A stretch of DNA of 32,000 nt from Gemmata obscuriglobus (GCF_008065095.1 NZ_CP042911.1:3000001-3032000); one strand, 5' to 3'; shown: positions 1 through 8,831, counted from the first letter of the stretch. Program-made: numbers and translations. Notes: a model not told the origin generated them from the sequence alone.

Positions 1-1
1 G

Positions 2-1390
2 CACCCGTTCCCAAAAATTCACCGCGCCAGAAGTCCGGTTTACCTCTTCGACCCTGCGACGACGAGCAAGGCATGCGAGTGGCCGGTGGATGCTGGCATT
101 ACCCGCTACGGCCCGTACTCGAGCCGGGGGTTCACCCCGAATCGCCCGAAGGTGTGTGTCCTGTGCCACAAGGCCAAGAAGGGGCAGGTCGAACAGTTCC
201 TCGTGAAATTCAAAGACGGTGTTGCGGCAGGTGGAGATGGCATTCAGCCGTTTGAGCAGGGGTTTCTCGACAAGTACCACTTGGGCGGGATCGACTTCGA
301 GTTCTTCGTAACCGAAAACAACTCGGCTGCAGCGTACCGCAAAGCGGCCCGAAGCGCGATCTCGAGCCTCGGGCCGGGCGGGCAGAAGTGGGACATCTGC
401 TTCGTCCAAATCGAGGAGCGATTTCGGAACCTCCCGAACGCCGAGAACCCGTACCTCATCTGCAAATCCGAGCTGTTGACGCATCAAGTTCCGGTTCAGG
501 CGTTCACCGTCGAGACGATGGAGCTGTCCACCTACTCGATTCAGTTCGCTCTGAACAACTTGTCACTCGCTTGTTACGCGAAGATGAATGGGACACCGTG
601 GCTTCTGAAATCGGATCAGCCGCTCTTGCAAGAAATGGTGGTTGGCCTCGGTAGCGCTCGGATCGGCGACTCTCGGCTCGGTTCTGGGCAGCGGGTCGTG
701 GGAATCACGACCGTCTTCACCGGCGACGGGAATTACTGCCTTTCGAACCTGTCGCGGGCCGCCTTATTTGAAACCTACCAAGAGGAGTTGCTGGACACGC
801 TGCGTCTCGCGGTGCGACAGGTGCGTACGGATACCGGGTGGCAGCGTGCTCGCCCGGTCCGACTTGTGTTTCACGCCTTCAAGCCGTTTCGGGATGCCGA
901 GATCACGGCCGTGAAGGAAGTGATGCAGGAACTCGGCGAATTTAACGCCGAGTTCGCCTTCGTCCACGTCGTTGAGGATCACCCGTACCGGTTGTTCGAT
1001 CTGAACCAGCGAGGGAAGCTGGACAAGAAGACCCGCTCGACCAAAGGCGTCCTGGGTCCCAACCGGGGGCTCTTTATGCTCCTTTCCGAGCGCGAGGTGT
1101 TGCTTACCCTCACCGGGTTCAAGGAGGTGAAGCGGCCAGAAGACGGAGTTCCGCGACCGGTCTTGCTTCGCATCCACGAAGACTCGACCTTTACCGATCC
1201 GGTCTACTTGGCGCGTCAAGTGTACGCGTTCGCCGGACACTCCTGGCAGGGCTTCTTCCCGTGCGACATGCCGGTTACGATCGAGTATTCTGCGATGATC
1301 GCAAAGCTGCTCGGGAATCTCGCTACGCTGCCGGGGTGGAACCCCGCAGCGCTGATAGGAAACATCGGCTGGACGAGGTGGTTCTTGTGA
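2..1390 (+). CDS. Prokaryotic Argonaute, MID-PIWI region with slicer-dead PIWI; probably 5'-partial (alternative: GTG start at 86)
   Basis: The reading frame is open from nt 2 with no stop before the GTG at 86, so the gene may begin left of the window. The translation has PIWI/MID hallmarks: KMNGTPWLL, MVVGLGSARI, GITTVFTGDGNY, VRLVFHAFKPF, EREVLLTLTG, PVYLARQVYAFAGHSW. Where active Agos carry GxDV and RDG, this protein reads G-L-G-S and H-A-F, so the catalytic Asp residues are absent. Confidence 0.8.
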   Translation, partial: HPFPKIHRARSPVYLFDPATTSKACEWPVDAGITRYGPYSSRGFTPNRPKVCVLCHKAKKGQVEQFLVKFKDGVAAGGDGIQPFEQGFLDKYHLGGIDFEFFVTENNSAAAYRKAARSAISSLGPGGQKWDICFVQIEERFRNLPNAENPYLICKSELLTHQVPVQAFTVETMELSTYSIQFALNNLSLACYAKMNGTPWLLKSDQPLLQEMVVGLGSARIGDSRLGSGQRVVGITTVFTGDGNYCLSNLSRAALFETYQEELLDTLRLAVRQVRTDTGWQRARPVRLVFHAFKPFRDAEITAVKEVMQELGEFNAEFAFVHVVEDHPYRLFDLNQRGKLDKKTRSTKGVLGPNRGLFMLLSEREVLLTLTGFKEVKRPEDGVPRPVLLRIHEDSTFTDPVYLARQVYAFAGHSWQGFFPCDMPVTIEYSAMIAKLLGNLATLPGWNPAALIGNIGWTRWFL

Positions 1391-2706
1391 GCACCGGCCG
1401 CGAACGACTGCTTTCAGATTCTCGGGTTGCCCTAGAGCGGCAAATCCGGACCTCGGCGAACGTCGATTTCGCCGACCGTCTGTTCGCGGCCTGGCTGCTC
1501 GGTGTCGACAAATTTCCCTTCGACGACACGGTCGAACTTCAAACGCTCGTCGTCGAACGAACCCGAAGTTACCGCCAAGTGGCGGCACTTGGCTTCGCAG
1601 CGCTGCGAATGAGCCCCTCGTGCTCATTCCGAAGTGAACTCTGTGAAGCGCTCGTCTGGCTCAGCCAGCGCCCCATGACCATCGTCAACACGATGGCCGG
1701 GTTCGTCCTCGATCCGGTGGCCCTTCTGGGGATCGCGAGCGGAATCCGTTGCTGCGGAGATGCCAAAGTGGAGGAGCTTGCGTCCAATTGGATGCTGCGC
1801 GTTCTATCAGCACGTGCGAATCTGCCGATGGTTGCTCCGTGGGAGCAGTGCCTGATTGCCGCAGTGGGTTACCGGCTGCAGTTGCCGAACGCTTCAACCG
1901 TGCCCAGCGCGCCGAATATCGCCGATTGTCGACTCGCCCTTCGGGCACGCGGGGCCTTGCCACAAACGCACGTAGCCGACAGCCGCGCGGACGAGGCACA
2001 CCTTCTCCCGCTGCTCCTCGGTGACAGCGAGGAAGAGTTGGGATTCGCGCGTTCGGTCATCCGCGCGGCAGCATTCGATGTCCTTAAAAACGGAACCGTT
2101 GCCTCGGGCGTCGTCGGTGAGCCTAACCGCATCGAAAGCCGCGCAACGGCAGAGAAAGGAGCTGGACCTGTGAAGAAGGTATTCGTGAGCTATTCGTGGG
2201 ACACGGACGAGCACCAGCAGCGGGTTCGACAGCTGGTGGACGATCTGCGCGGTTACGGGTTCAACGCGACAATGGATCTTTATGAGCCCAACCCGCCAGA
2301 GGGGCTTCCCAAATGGATGATAAAGAACATTCGCGAATCCGATTACGTCTTGATGATTATTACGGAGACCTACCGTAAACGTTGCGAGGGCGAGGAGGAG
2401 CCGGGGAAAGGGAAAGGGGTGAAATGGGAAACGGGTCTGATGATTCGCCAGATTTACCAAAACGAATTCGTGAACGGAAAATTTCTCCCCGTAGTACTGA
2501 ACAAGTCCGATGTGGCGGCGATGCCTTCGGTATTCGCGGGCGATGTTTACTTCGACGTGTCGAAGCCGACAGAGCTTGAGCGGCTCGTGCGGCTCATGTC
2601 AGATCAGCCCGAATATGTTGCACCGCCGATCGGCCGTGTGCCGGTTCTTCCGCCTCGAAACAGCAGTAACGCAACAAAAGCTGAGCCCGAAAATAACGGG
2701 GGCTAA
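1387..2706 (+). CDS. pAgo-coupled protein: uncharacterised ~250-aa N-terminal domain plus C-terminal TIR/SEFIR-like domain
   Basis: The GTG at 1387 overlaps the pAgo stop (GTGA). GAGGTG at 1375-1380 sits at good SD spacing. From about nt 2173 the protein reads KKVFVSYSWDTDEHQQRVRQLVDDLRGYGFNATMDL...IRESDYVLMIITETYRKRCEGEE..GKGVKWETGLM...FLPVVL. That is the bacterial TIR/SEFIR-type pattern, including a W-E candidate catalytic Glu. I recognise no motif in the N-terminal part. Confidence 0.7.
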   Translation: MSTGRERLLSDSRVALERQIRTSANVDFADRLFAAWLLGVDKFPFDDTVELQTLVVERTRSYRQVAALGFAALRMSPSCSFRSELCEALVWLSQRPMTIVNTMAGFVLDPVALLGIASGIRCCGDAKVEELASNWMLRVLSARANLPMVAPWEQCLIAAVGYRLQLPNASTVPSAPNIADCRLALRARGALPQTHVADSRADEAHLLPLLLGDSEEELGFARSVIRAAAFDVLKNGTVASGVVGEPNRIESRATAEKGAGPVKKVFVSYSWDTDEHQQRVRQLVDDLRGYGFNATMDLYEPNPPEGLPKWMIKNIRESDYVLMIITETYRKRCEGEEEPGKGKGVKWETGLMIRQIYQNEFVNGKFLPVVLNKSDVAAMPSVFAGDVYFDVSKPTELERLVRLMSDQPEYVAPPIGRVPVLPPRNSSNATKAEPENNGG

Positions 2707-2877
2707 CGAATCACCGTGACGGAAATCGACAGGTCCGCTCCCGCCCACGCCCGGTCACAGGTCATTGCCGTAGCGTTCTGCTGTGAGGCGAGGGCGAGGC
2801 ACGCGCAATCGCCTAGGGAAAACCCAGCGTGCGCGTGCGAGCATGAACGGACGCTGCGATGTATGCGGCTGACGCGC

Positions 2878-3783
2878 TTACCCGACTTGGTTACGCTCGC
2901 GCTTGCGTGGTTTCAGTTCGCTCACCAGCACGCCGGCAACAATGAACACCCCGCCCAAGATCCCCAGTGGCGGAAGTCGATCGCCGGCCGCGTACCCGAA
3001 CAGCCCGCCCCACACGGGCTCGGCCGCGTAAATCACGGTGGCTCGCGTCGGCGACACGTTTTTTTGCGCCCAGTTCATCGCGAGCTGAATTAGTACGCTC
3101 GCGACGCCGAGCCCGAGGGCACTCACCAGCCACCCCCACGAGACGGTGGGCAGCTCTTCCCCCGCAAGTGGCGTTGCCAACGTAGCCAAGCCACCGGCGA
3201 CGAGGAGTTGGACGACGGTGACCCGGCGGCTGTCGACCTCTGCGGCGAAGCGGCCGATGAGGATGATCTGGGCGGCAATGGCGAAAGCCCCGAGCAACGT
3301 GTACAGCTCCCCGCAGCCGAGCGCCTGCTCCCCCGTGCCCGGACCGGCGACGAACATTAATCCCGTAAACGCCAGCCCGATCCCGATCCAACTCATCAGG
3401 CGCGGGAGGCGACGCAGCACGAGCCACTGAAGCAGTGGCACCATCGGCACGTAGAGCGCGGTGATGAATGCGGACCGGCTGCTGCTAATTGTCTTGAGAC
3501 CGGCCCCCAAAAAACCGAGCCCAAAGACGATCGAGACCCCGATTGCGACGCCGGCGACAAGCTCTCGCGCGGTCAGGCCCTTGAGGGAATTGCGAAACAG
3601 CAGCAAGGCTAGCGCGCCACCCGTCAAGTACCGAACACCAACGAAGAACAGCGGGCCGCAGTGCTTCATGGCCTCGTGGATGATCGTGAAGGTCGCGCCC
3701 CAAATGATCGTGATGACAACGAGCGCCAGTTCGTGCCGGTGGCAGAAGAGCGCACCAGAAATGCAACGCGTCCCGACCGCCAT
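2878..3783 (-). CDS. EamA/DMT-superfamily transporter
   Basis: Polytopic hydrophobic protein with a two-fold EamA-like repeat (IIWGATFTIIHEAM..., ...YAAEPVWGGLFGYAAGDRL...). I chose the ATG at 3783. The 21 aa upstream in the ORF are Arg-rich junk. Confidence 0.8.
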   Translation of the reverse strand: MAVGTRCISGALFCHRHELALVVITIIWGATFTIIHEAMKHCGPLFFVGVRYLTGGALALLLFRNSLKGLTARELVAGVAIGVSIVFGLGFLGAGLKTISSSRSAFITALYVPMVPLLQWLVLRRLPRLMSWIGIGLAFTGLMFVAGPGTGEQALGCGELYTLLGAFAIAAQIILIGRFAAEVDSRRVTVVQLLVAGGLATLATPLAGEELPTVSWGWLVSALGLGVASVLIQLAMNWAQKNVSPTRATVIYAAEPVWGGLFGYAAGDRLPPLGILGGVFIVAGVLVSELKPRKRERNQVG

Positions 3784-3877
3784 GAAAAACCTTCTCCGCC
3801 GCGTGTGTGATCTTCTGGATACCAAGAAGGTGTCTGCAGCTTTCACAAAGGAACGGCAGTCACGTACCAGATGTGGT

Positions 3878-4375
3878 TCAAGCCTTCGCTTGGGTACAGT
3901 TGCCCCTCTGTCCGCACGCCCCGCATTTGGCTTTTGGTTGATCCACGGGGACCGGGCTCATCAGATGTCGCCGCTGCGCGCGGATCTTTGCCGCCGTCGC
4001 CAAGACCTCAGCCCGCAGGGCCTCCGTATTGGCCACCGTCACCCGGGAGCCGTCACCGAGGACGATCACCCCGTGAGGCGGACGTAGGCCATATTCCGCT
4101 TCGATCAGGATGAAGTACGTGCCGAGCTGAAGCCGGTGACCGTGGCTGACGCGTCGCGCCGATTTCCATTCCTCCGGAATGAGCGCATCGCCCTGCTTCA
4201 CGACGCGATCAGGCCGCCCCACCAGTCGATGCTTTGATGAAACAAGGGTGACGTTGTCCAGTGCGACTGTTTCGCCGGCCCCGAGCCCACGCACTCTTCG
4301 CCCCCAAGCCGCGAAGAGAAGCAACACGATACCGAGAAGCCCGATAGCAGCGGCGAGTAGAAACACAGGGTGCAT
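3878..4375 (-). CDS. Cas4-like PD-(D/E)XK nuclease core with N-terminal TM helix
   Basis: Motifs in order: TM helix HPVFLLAAAIGLLGIVLLLFAAW, then GRPDRVV (D), IPEEWK (ExK), QLGTYFILIE (QxxxY), and C-terminal CGACGQRGNC (Cx2Cx5C). The ATG at 4375 overlaps the stop of the upstream ORF (TGATG). Confidence 0.7.
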   Translation of the reverse strand: MHPVFLLAAAIGLLGIVLLLFAAWGRRVRGLGAGETVALDNVTLVSSKHRLVGRPDRVVKQGDALIPEEWKSARRVSHGHRLQLGTYFILIEAEYGLRPPHGVIVLGDGSRVTVANTEALRAEVLATAAKIRAQRRHLMSPVPVDQPKAKCGACGQRGNCTQAKA

Positions 4376-4632
4376 CAACCCGCTCCGCCAAGAACAAGGT
4401 AAAAGAGCGCCGCGACAATCAGCGCGATGGCGAGGAGCCAAACAGCGCGCGCCGCCGCGCGCCGAGAGGTCACTTCGAAAGCGGATCTATCCGCGTGCAG
4501 CGCTCGGCCGCTGGCAATCGCAGATTGGTTGCCGGGCTCGTCGCCGAGTGTCTCGAGCCGCCACGACTCGGGGCACCATGCCCAAGAGGCAATTTCGGAC
4601 GCCGACACGAAATCGTTACGTTCTGTGCCCAT
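4375..4632 (-). CDS. Small membrane protein carrying the N-terminal Cas4-type Cys motif (split partner of the downstream nuclease core)
   Basis: SASEIASWAWCPESWRL resembles the N-terminal Cas4/DUF83 motif that supplies the first Fe-S cysteine. It is followed by TM helix AVWLLAIALIVAALFYLVLGG. Its stop overlaps the next ATG by 1 nt. Confidence 0.5.
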   Translation of the reverse strand: MGTERNDFVSASEIASWAWCPESWRLETLGDEPGNQSAIASGRALHADRSAFEVTSRRAAARAVWLLAIALIVAALFYLVLGGAG

Positions 4633-5031
4633 TCAATCCTCAACACAATTTCTCAAGCCTGACCATTTAGAGCAGACGAAGGACCGAAGCGGAATCTCAG
4701 TTCGACCGACCTTAATAACTGCCGGCCAGCCCAAAAATTCCGTCAGCGGGTTCGGTGCAACGGTTCACACGGTTGTGTTCGACCTTTCTGCTGCTGATGC
4801 CCCGCTGTTGTGACTTTGCGACACCTTTCTTTGGTACTGCCTTTAGAGCTAACAGGGGGACCACGCCATTTGGCCGCCGGGTCCCTGGTTCGTTCCGCTT
4901 TAAAAGAAGGAGCTCGATGCGTCGATCGGTGCGCAAATCAGAAACCTGTTCATCGAGTCGCTCGGCCACTCAAAATGAGGTGGGGGACCAAGTCGCGGCT
5001 TGGCACAGCTTTACTTTCGGACGTTCACGAC

Positions 5032-5994
5032 ATGATTGCGATCCGCTATCACGAGTTCGGCCACCCGGCTGAGGCGCTCAAAGTGGAGGATGTGGACGTT
5101 CCGCACCCGGCCGCCGGTGAGGTTCTCCTACGAATGGTGGGACGGGCCATTAATCCGTCCGACCTCATTCCAGTTCGCGGCGCCTACAAGGCACGAATCT
5201 CGTTACCGCAAACCGCAGGTTACGACGGGTTCGGGGTCGTGGTGGAAGGGACACAAGCTCTAAAGGCTGGCACGCGTGTTGTTCCGATGGCTCACCTCGG
5301 GACGTGGCAAGAATACGTCGCTGTGGCCGAAGCCGAGTGCGTGCCTGTGCCCGATGAGATCCCTGATGACTACGCCTCCCAGCTCTTTATCAACCCGGTG
5401 AGCGTGTGGCTGATGGTCCGCGCACTCGGGCTCGCACCAGGCGCGGTGGTTGTGGCGAACGCTGGCGGATCGGCGGCGGTGAGGTTCCTGGCCCAACTCA
5501 CTGGCGTTTGTCAGTTCCGTTTGATCGCAATCGTTCGGCGTGCGCACCACACAGAAGAGCTGTTGCGTCTCGGTGCGCACGCAGTAATCGATTCCAGCCG
5601 CCAACCCGTAGCGCAGACGGTAATCGCTCTTACAGCGGGAGCGGGTGCCGACGCCGGTCTGGAGTGTGTCGGCGGGCGCGACGCCGTCGAACTCGCGCGC
5701 GGGCTCCGGTCGGGCGCACCGGTTGTGCAATACGGGTTGCTTTCCGGCGTTTCTCCCGACCTCGCCGCGATCGACAGCTTGGGGATTCGTGTCGAGGGAT
5801 TCTGGCTGCGGAACTGGCTCCGATCGGCCCCGGCCTCCGTTCGTACGACAGCGGCCGCTGCCGTTTTCCAGATCATCGCCGAGCACCGGTTTCGGCTGGA
5901 CGTACATGAGACGTTCGCGCTACAGGACGTTCACCGCGCGGTCCGCAAGGCAGAAACTCCGGGGCTCTGCGGGAAGGTCCTGCTCAAGAGTTAA
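5032..5994 (+). CDS. MDR-superfamily NAD(P)H-dependent oxidoreductase (quinone oxidoreductase / enoyl reductase-like)
   Basis: MIAIRYHEFGHPAEALKVEDVDVPHPAAGEVLLRMVGRAINPSDLIPVRGAY... and the C-terminal ...GKVLLKS are typical of zinc-free MDR reductases. The ATG at 5032 is preferred over the long upstream extension of the ORF. Confidence 0.75.
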   Translation: MIAIRYHEFGHPAEALKVEDVDVPHPAAGEVLLRMVGRAINPSDLIPVRGAYKARISLPQTAGYDGFGVVVEGTQALKAGTRVVPMAHLGTWQEYVAVAEAECVPVPDEIPDDYASQLFINPVSVWLMVRALGLAPGAVVVANAGGSAAVRFLAQLTGVCQFRLIAIVRRAHHTEELLRLGAHAVIDSSRQPVAQTVIALTAGAGADAGLECVGGRDAVELARGLRSGAPVVQYGLLSGVSPDLAAIDSLGIRVEGFWLRNWLRSAPASVRTTAAAAVFQIIAEHRFRLDVHETFALQDVHRAVRKAETPGLCGKVLLKS

Positions 5995-6014
5995 GCGGGC
6001 GGCATTCGAAGAAG

Positions 6015-7010
6015 TCACAGCCCTACCTTTGCTGCGACATTCTGCCTGAACAACGATCCGTCGCGAATGTACCTTCTCATGACCAGCAGCGACTTGTGTC
6101 CCGACTGGTCTTGGATATCGCGGTCGCTCGCCCCCGCTATGGCGGCCTGCGTGATGAGCCCTGCGCGAAGCGAGTGTGCGGCGTAACCCCGCGCGGTATG
6201 TCCCGCTGCGACCAAGCTGCGTTTGACGACCTCAGCCACCGTGCGGTCGGAGAGCCGCGTACCCATGACGTGCCCGTGCTTGTTTACAGAGCGAAAGAGG
6301 GGACCCTCGAGAATTGCTGCCTGATCGACCCACGCGAGCACCGCGCGCACCGGGCAGGTACCCTCGTGCTCACCGTACGGTATCCCGAGCGTCCGACCTT
6401 CCTGCACTTGGTCCGTTTTGCTCTTTCGGATCGTGACGACGAGCCCCTCGTCCGTGAGGGCCACATCAGTCGCGTCGATCCCGACAAGCTCGCTGCGCCG
6501 CATGGCGCCAGCGAACCCGAGTAGGAGGAGCGCGCGGTCGCGAACACCTAACAACCCTTGAGGCAGGTGCTCGACCATCTCGCGGATGTGCTTCGTGAGG
6601 GTGGGCTTCTTGTGATTTTGAGCAACACCTTTATCGCGCCGGATCCCTGCCCAGACCAACTTGACCTGTGCGGATTTCGTGGGCGAGTCGAAACCCGCCG
6701 TGCGGTGGGCATCGGAGATGGACATCAGGCGGCGTTGTAACGTACTCGTCTTCAATTCCTGGGAGCGGTCGGCCAAATAGTAGGCAACCGTGTCTGGCGC
6801 GGCCGGAAGCGGGGAGCGAGCGTACTTGGCGCACCAAGAGGAGAAATCCTTCCAATCCGAGCGTTGCGCGCGGCGAGTGTTCGGGGCTCTGGACTTCTCA
6901 ACGTACCTGTCGGCCTCACTGCCGATGTCTTCGAACCGCTCGGCGTGGTGTTTCGCCTCTTTCGGAGAAGAGGTTCGGGAGGCTTGCAAATTGGCTCGTT
7001 CGGGCGACAT
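6015..7010 (-). CDS. Tyrosine site-specific recombinase (Cre/XerD-like)
   Basis: N-terminal SAM-like core-binding region (TRRAQRSDWKDFSSWCAKY..PAAPDTVAYYLAD). Catalytic region with AMRRSEL (R), HSLRAG (HxxR) and GHKSLLVMRRYIR (H..Y). The start is ATG 7010 or GTG 7037. Confidence 0.85.
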   Translation of the reverse strand: MSPERANLQASRTSSPKEAKHHAERFEDIGSEADRYVEKSRAPNTRRAQRSDWKDFSSWCAKYARSPLPAAPDTVAYYLADRSQELKTSTLQRRLMSISDAHRTAGFDSPTKSAQVKLVWAGIRRDKGVAQNHKKPTLTKHIREMVEHLPQGLLGVRDRALLLLGFAGAMRRSELVGIDATDVALTDEGLVVTIRKSKTDQVQEGRTLGIPYGEHEGTCPVRAVLAWVDQAAILEGPLFRSVNKHGHVMGTRLSDRTVAEVVKRSLVAAGHTARGYAAHSLRAGLITQAAIAGASDRDIQDQSGHKSLLVMRRYIRDGSLFRQNVAAKVGL

Positions 7011-7183
7011 GGCGGGTGTAAACGTGAGCGTCAGCACTCAGTATCGCTCACAGCGGACCGGTTGCGAAACCCGAAATCGTTGCCGTCGCTGTCGCACAAC
7101 GGCTTAATGCGTTCTGGCTCAAGCAGCGCCGAGCCGCGAGCAAGGAAGGCTGGAACCAGGAGGTAACCGTTCACGTAGCTTGA

Positions 7184-7720
7184 TTAAGCTCCGTCCCCCC
7201 GAGTAGGCCTCTCGGTGCGCTGGAAGTAAGGCGGTAGTTCTCCAGCGAGTACGACATAGAGTTGGAGGAGAGAGAACGCGATCGCAGCAGCATGCCACGC
7301 GAGGGCGAATGCGGCCCCGACGAGAACATACCGTGCCCGTGACACCTCCGTCTTCTTCCCGTGATTGTTTAACTGGTAAACATCCCGTGGTGCGAAAATC
7401 CGATTCCCATCTTCGGGAACCCCGTATGGACCGGACGTCGCAGCCAGTGCAACAAAACTCAAGAGGGACAAGGCTAAAGACAACCGAACGGCCCGCCATA
7501 CCGCGACCCGCCGCGCGTTCGGGAATGGTGATGGTAGCCCTTGCTCGTTACGAGACGCGGCCTCTAGCTGCACGAGCACAAACGTGATGGCACTGGTAAC
7601 GAACGCCCCGATGGACGGCCACCAACCCGGCAACAAGCCGAACGCGATCGAGAACAAACCCACGAGGTATAGAAGCAGTGTGGTGAGAACGATGCACAGC
7701 AATGCACGGGCCATGTTCAT
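7184..7720 (-). CDS. Hypothetical membrane protein (about 4 TM helices)
   Basis: ORF with an ATG start and four hydrophobic stretches. No recognisable family. Confidence 0.55.
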   Translation of the reverse strand: MNMARALLCIVLTTLLLYLVGLFSIAFGLLPGWWPSIGAFVTSAITFVLVQLEAASRNEQGLPSPFPNARRVAVWRAVRLSLALSLLSFVALAATSGPYGVPEDGNRIFAPRDVYQLNNHGKKTEVSRARYVLVGAAFALAWHAAAIAFSLLQLYVVLAGELPPYFQRTERPTRGDGA

Positions 7721-7764
7721 TTCCGTTCGACTCGAGCTGGCACTTTTCCGGCCGTGTCAGTTCC

Positions 7765-8029
7765 TCAGGTCGAGGTGCGTGCAGGGATGATCGAGGGTGC
7801 CACCCCTCCGGTCCTGGCGGTCTGCATGGCCTCGGCCAGGAAGGCCAACACATCGCGGCCTTGTTGCCGGCAGGTCGCCACCACGGTCAGCATTCACTCG
7901 ACGAACCGGCTTCCACCGGCCGAGTCCGTCCCGAAACTCATCTTCCGCCAACATACGGCGTGCCGCAATGCCCGCTCGGCCGCATTGTTCGTCGGCTCGA
8001 CCCCTTCGACGGCAGCGAACGTGTACAGG
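7765..8029 (-). pseudogene. 3' fragment of a single-ORF IS66-family (ISBst12-like) transposase gene, with an additional in-frame TGA
   Basis: The minus-strand translation is LYTFAAVEGVEPTNNAAERALRHAVCWRKMSFGTDSAGGSRFVE*MLTVVATCRQQGRDVLAFLAEAMQTAR...ST*. This is the conserved IS66-family C-terminus. The internal TGA at 7894-7896 sits where homologues would have an Arg-type codon. The fragment continues the 5' half found at 18566-19676. The left IS end lies somewhere in 7721-7764 and is not resolved. Confidence 0.8.
8022..8029. repeat. Target-site duplication, left copy (TGTACAGG)
   Basis: Identical 8-mer at 18566-18573, directly abutting the opposite terminal inverted repeat. Confidence 0.85.
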
Positions 8030-8060
8030 GTACGCGCTCGGCGAATCACGTGCTTGACGG
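8030..8060. repeat. IRL of the IS66-type element
   Basis: GTACGCGCTCGGCGAATCACGTGCTTGACGG. Its reverse-complement partner is at 18535-18565. Confidence 0.8.
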
Positions 8061-8099
8061 GTAAGTTATGTTGGCGGCATCCGTTCCCTTCTTCGGAGG

Positions 8100-8450
8100 A
8101 TGCCCGTGTCCGACTCGTCCGCCCGGCCCCGCTACCACCCGGCCGCCGCCCGCCGCTGGGCCGACCGCCTCGAGCGCTACGCCGCCCGCCCCACGACGGT
8201 CGCCGCCTTCTGCGCCGCCGAGGGCGTGTCACCGTCCAACTTCTACCTGTGGCGGCGGAGGCTCACCGGGGCTGGTCTCGAACCGGCCGACGGCCCGGCC
8301 GTCGTGCCCATGCACGTCGCACCACCTCCTGCGCCCGCCGCCCCGATCGAGCTGGCCCTGCCGTCCGGCACGGTCGTTCGGCTCCCCGCCGACGCCGGCC
8401 CGGAACTGGTCGTGGCCATCCTGCGCGGGCTGGAGGGGCGGCCGTGCTGA
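8100..8450 (+). CDS. tnpA: IS66 Orf1 (TnpA, HTH protein)
   Basis: FCAAEGVSPSNFYLWRRRL motif. Its stop overlaps the tnpB GTG. Confidence 0.8.
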   Translation: MPVSDSSARPRYHPAAARRWADRLERYAARPTTVAAFCAAEGVSPSNFYLWRRRLTGAGLEPADGPAVVPMHVAPPPAPAAPIELALPSGTVVRLPADAGPELVVAILRGLEGRPC

Positions 8451-8806
8451 CCCTGCCCGCCACCACCAAGCTCTGGTTCGCGGCCGCCGTGGATTTGCGG
8501 CTCGGGTACGACGGGCTGGCCAACCTGGTCCGCACCCAGCTGTCCGGCGATCCGCTGAGCGGCCACCTGTTCGTGTTCACGAATCGGTCCGCGAACCGGG
8601 TCAAGGTGCTGTACTGGGGCGGCCACGGGCTGTGCCTCTGGTGCCAGCGGTTGGAGGCCGGGCGGTACCACTTCCCTGAAGCCACCGCCACCGGGATCGA
8701 ACTGACGGCGGCTCAGTTCGCCATGATCCTGGACGGCATCGACCTGTCCCGCGTCCGCCGGTTCAAGCGGTTCTCCGCCGCCCCGCCGCCACCTCGCGCT
8801 ACCTGA
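8444..8806 (+). CDS. tnpB: IS66 Orf2 (TnpB)
   Basis: GTG start. The sequence (M)LTLPATTKLWFAAAVDLRLGYDGLANLVRTQLSGDPLSGHLFVFTNRSANRVKVLYWGGHGLCLWCQRLEAGRYHFP is the conserved IS66 Orf2 pattern. Confidence 0.85.
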   Translation: MLTLPATTKLWFAAAVDLRLGYDGLANLVRTQLSGDPLSGHLFVFTNRSANRVKVLYWGGHGLCLWCQRLEAGRYHFPEATATGIELTAAQFAMILDGIDLSRVRRFKRFSAAPPPPRAT

Positions 8807-8831
8807 CGGCGGCCGCGGGGTTGAAGGGGGC

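Noticed and set aside
4712-4969. 85-aa minus-strand ORF, plus the long N-terminal extension of ORF 4810-5994, in the divergent intergenic region.
   Set aside because: They have no RBS or family motifs. The MDR homology starts at MIAIRYHEFG (5032). The region is more plausibly a promoter.
7047-7056. The 10-mer CTCACAGCGG is shared with 19702-19711 and was considered as att or IS-end sequence.
   Set aside because: Exact 10-mer matches are expected many times by chance in 32 kb counting both strands. There is no extended similarity.
8061-8085. GTAAGTTATGTTGGCGG, first taken as the IS66 left tip because IS66 ends often begin GTAAGCG.
   Set aside because: The inverted-repeat match and the TSD place the tip at 8030 (GTACGCGC). 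The 8061 sequence has no TSD-consistent partner.
7754-8806. 350-aa ORF spanning the IS junction.
   Set aside because: It crosses the antisense strand of the transposase fragment, the IRL and tnpA in another frame. Only its last 120 aa, from the GTG at 8444, correspond to IS66 Orf2.
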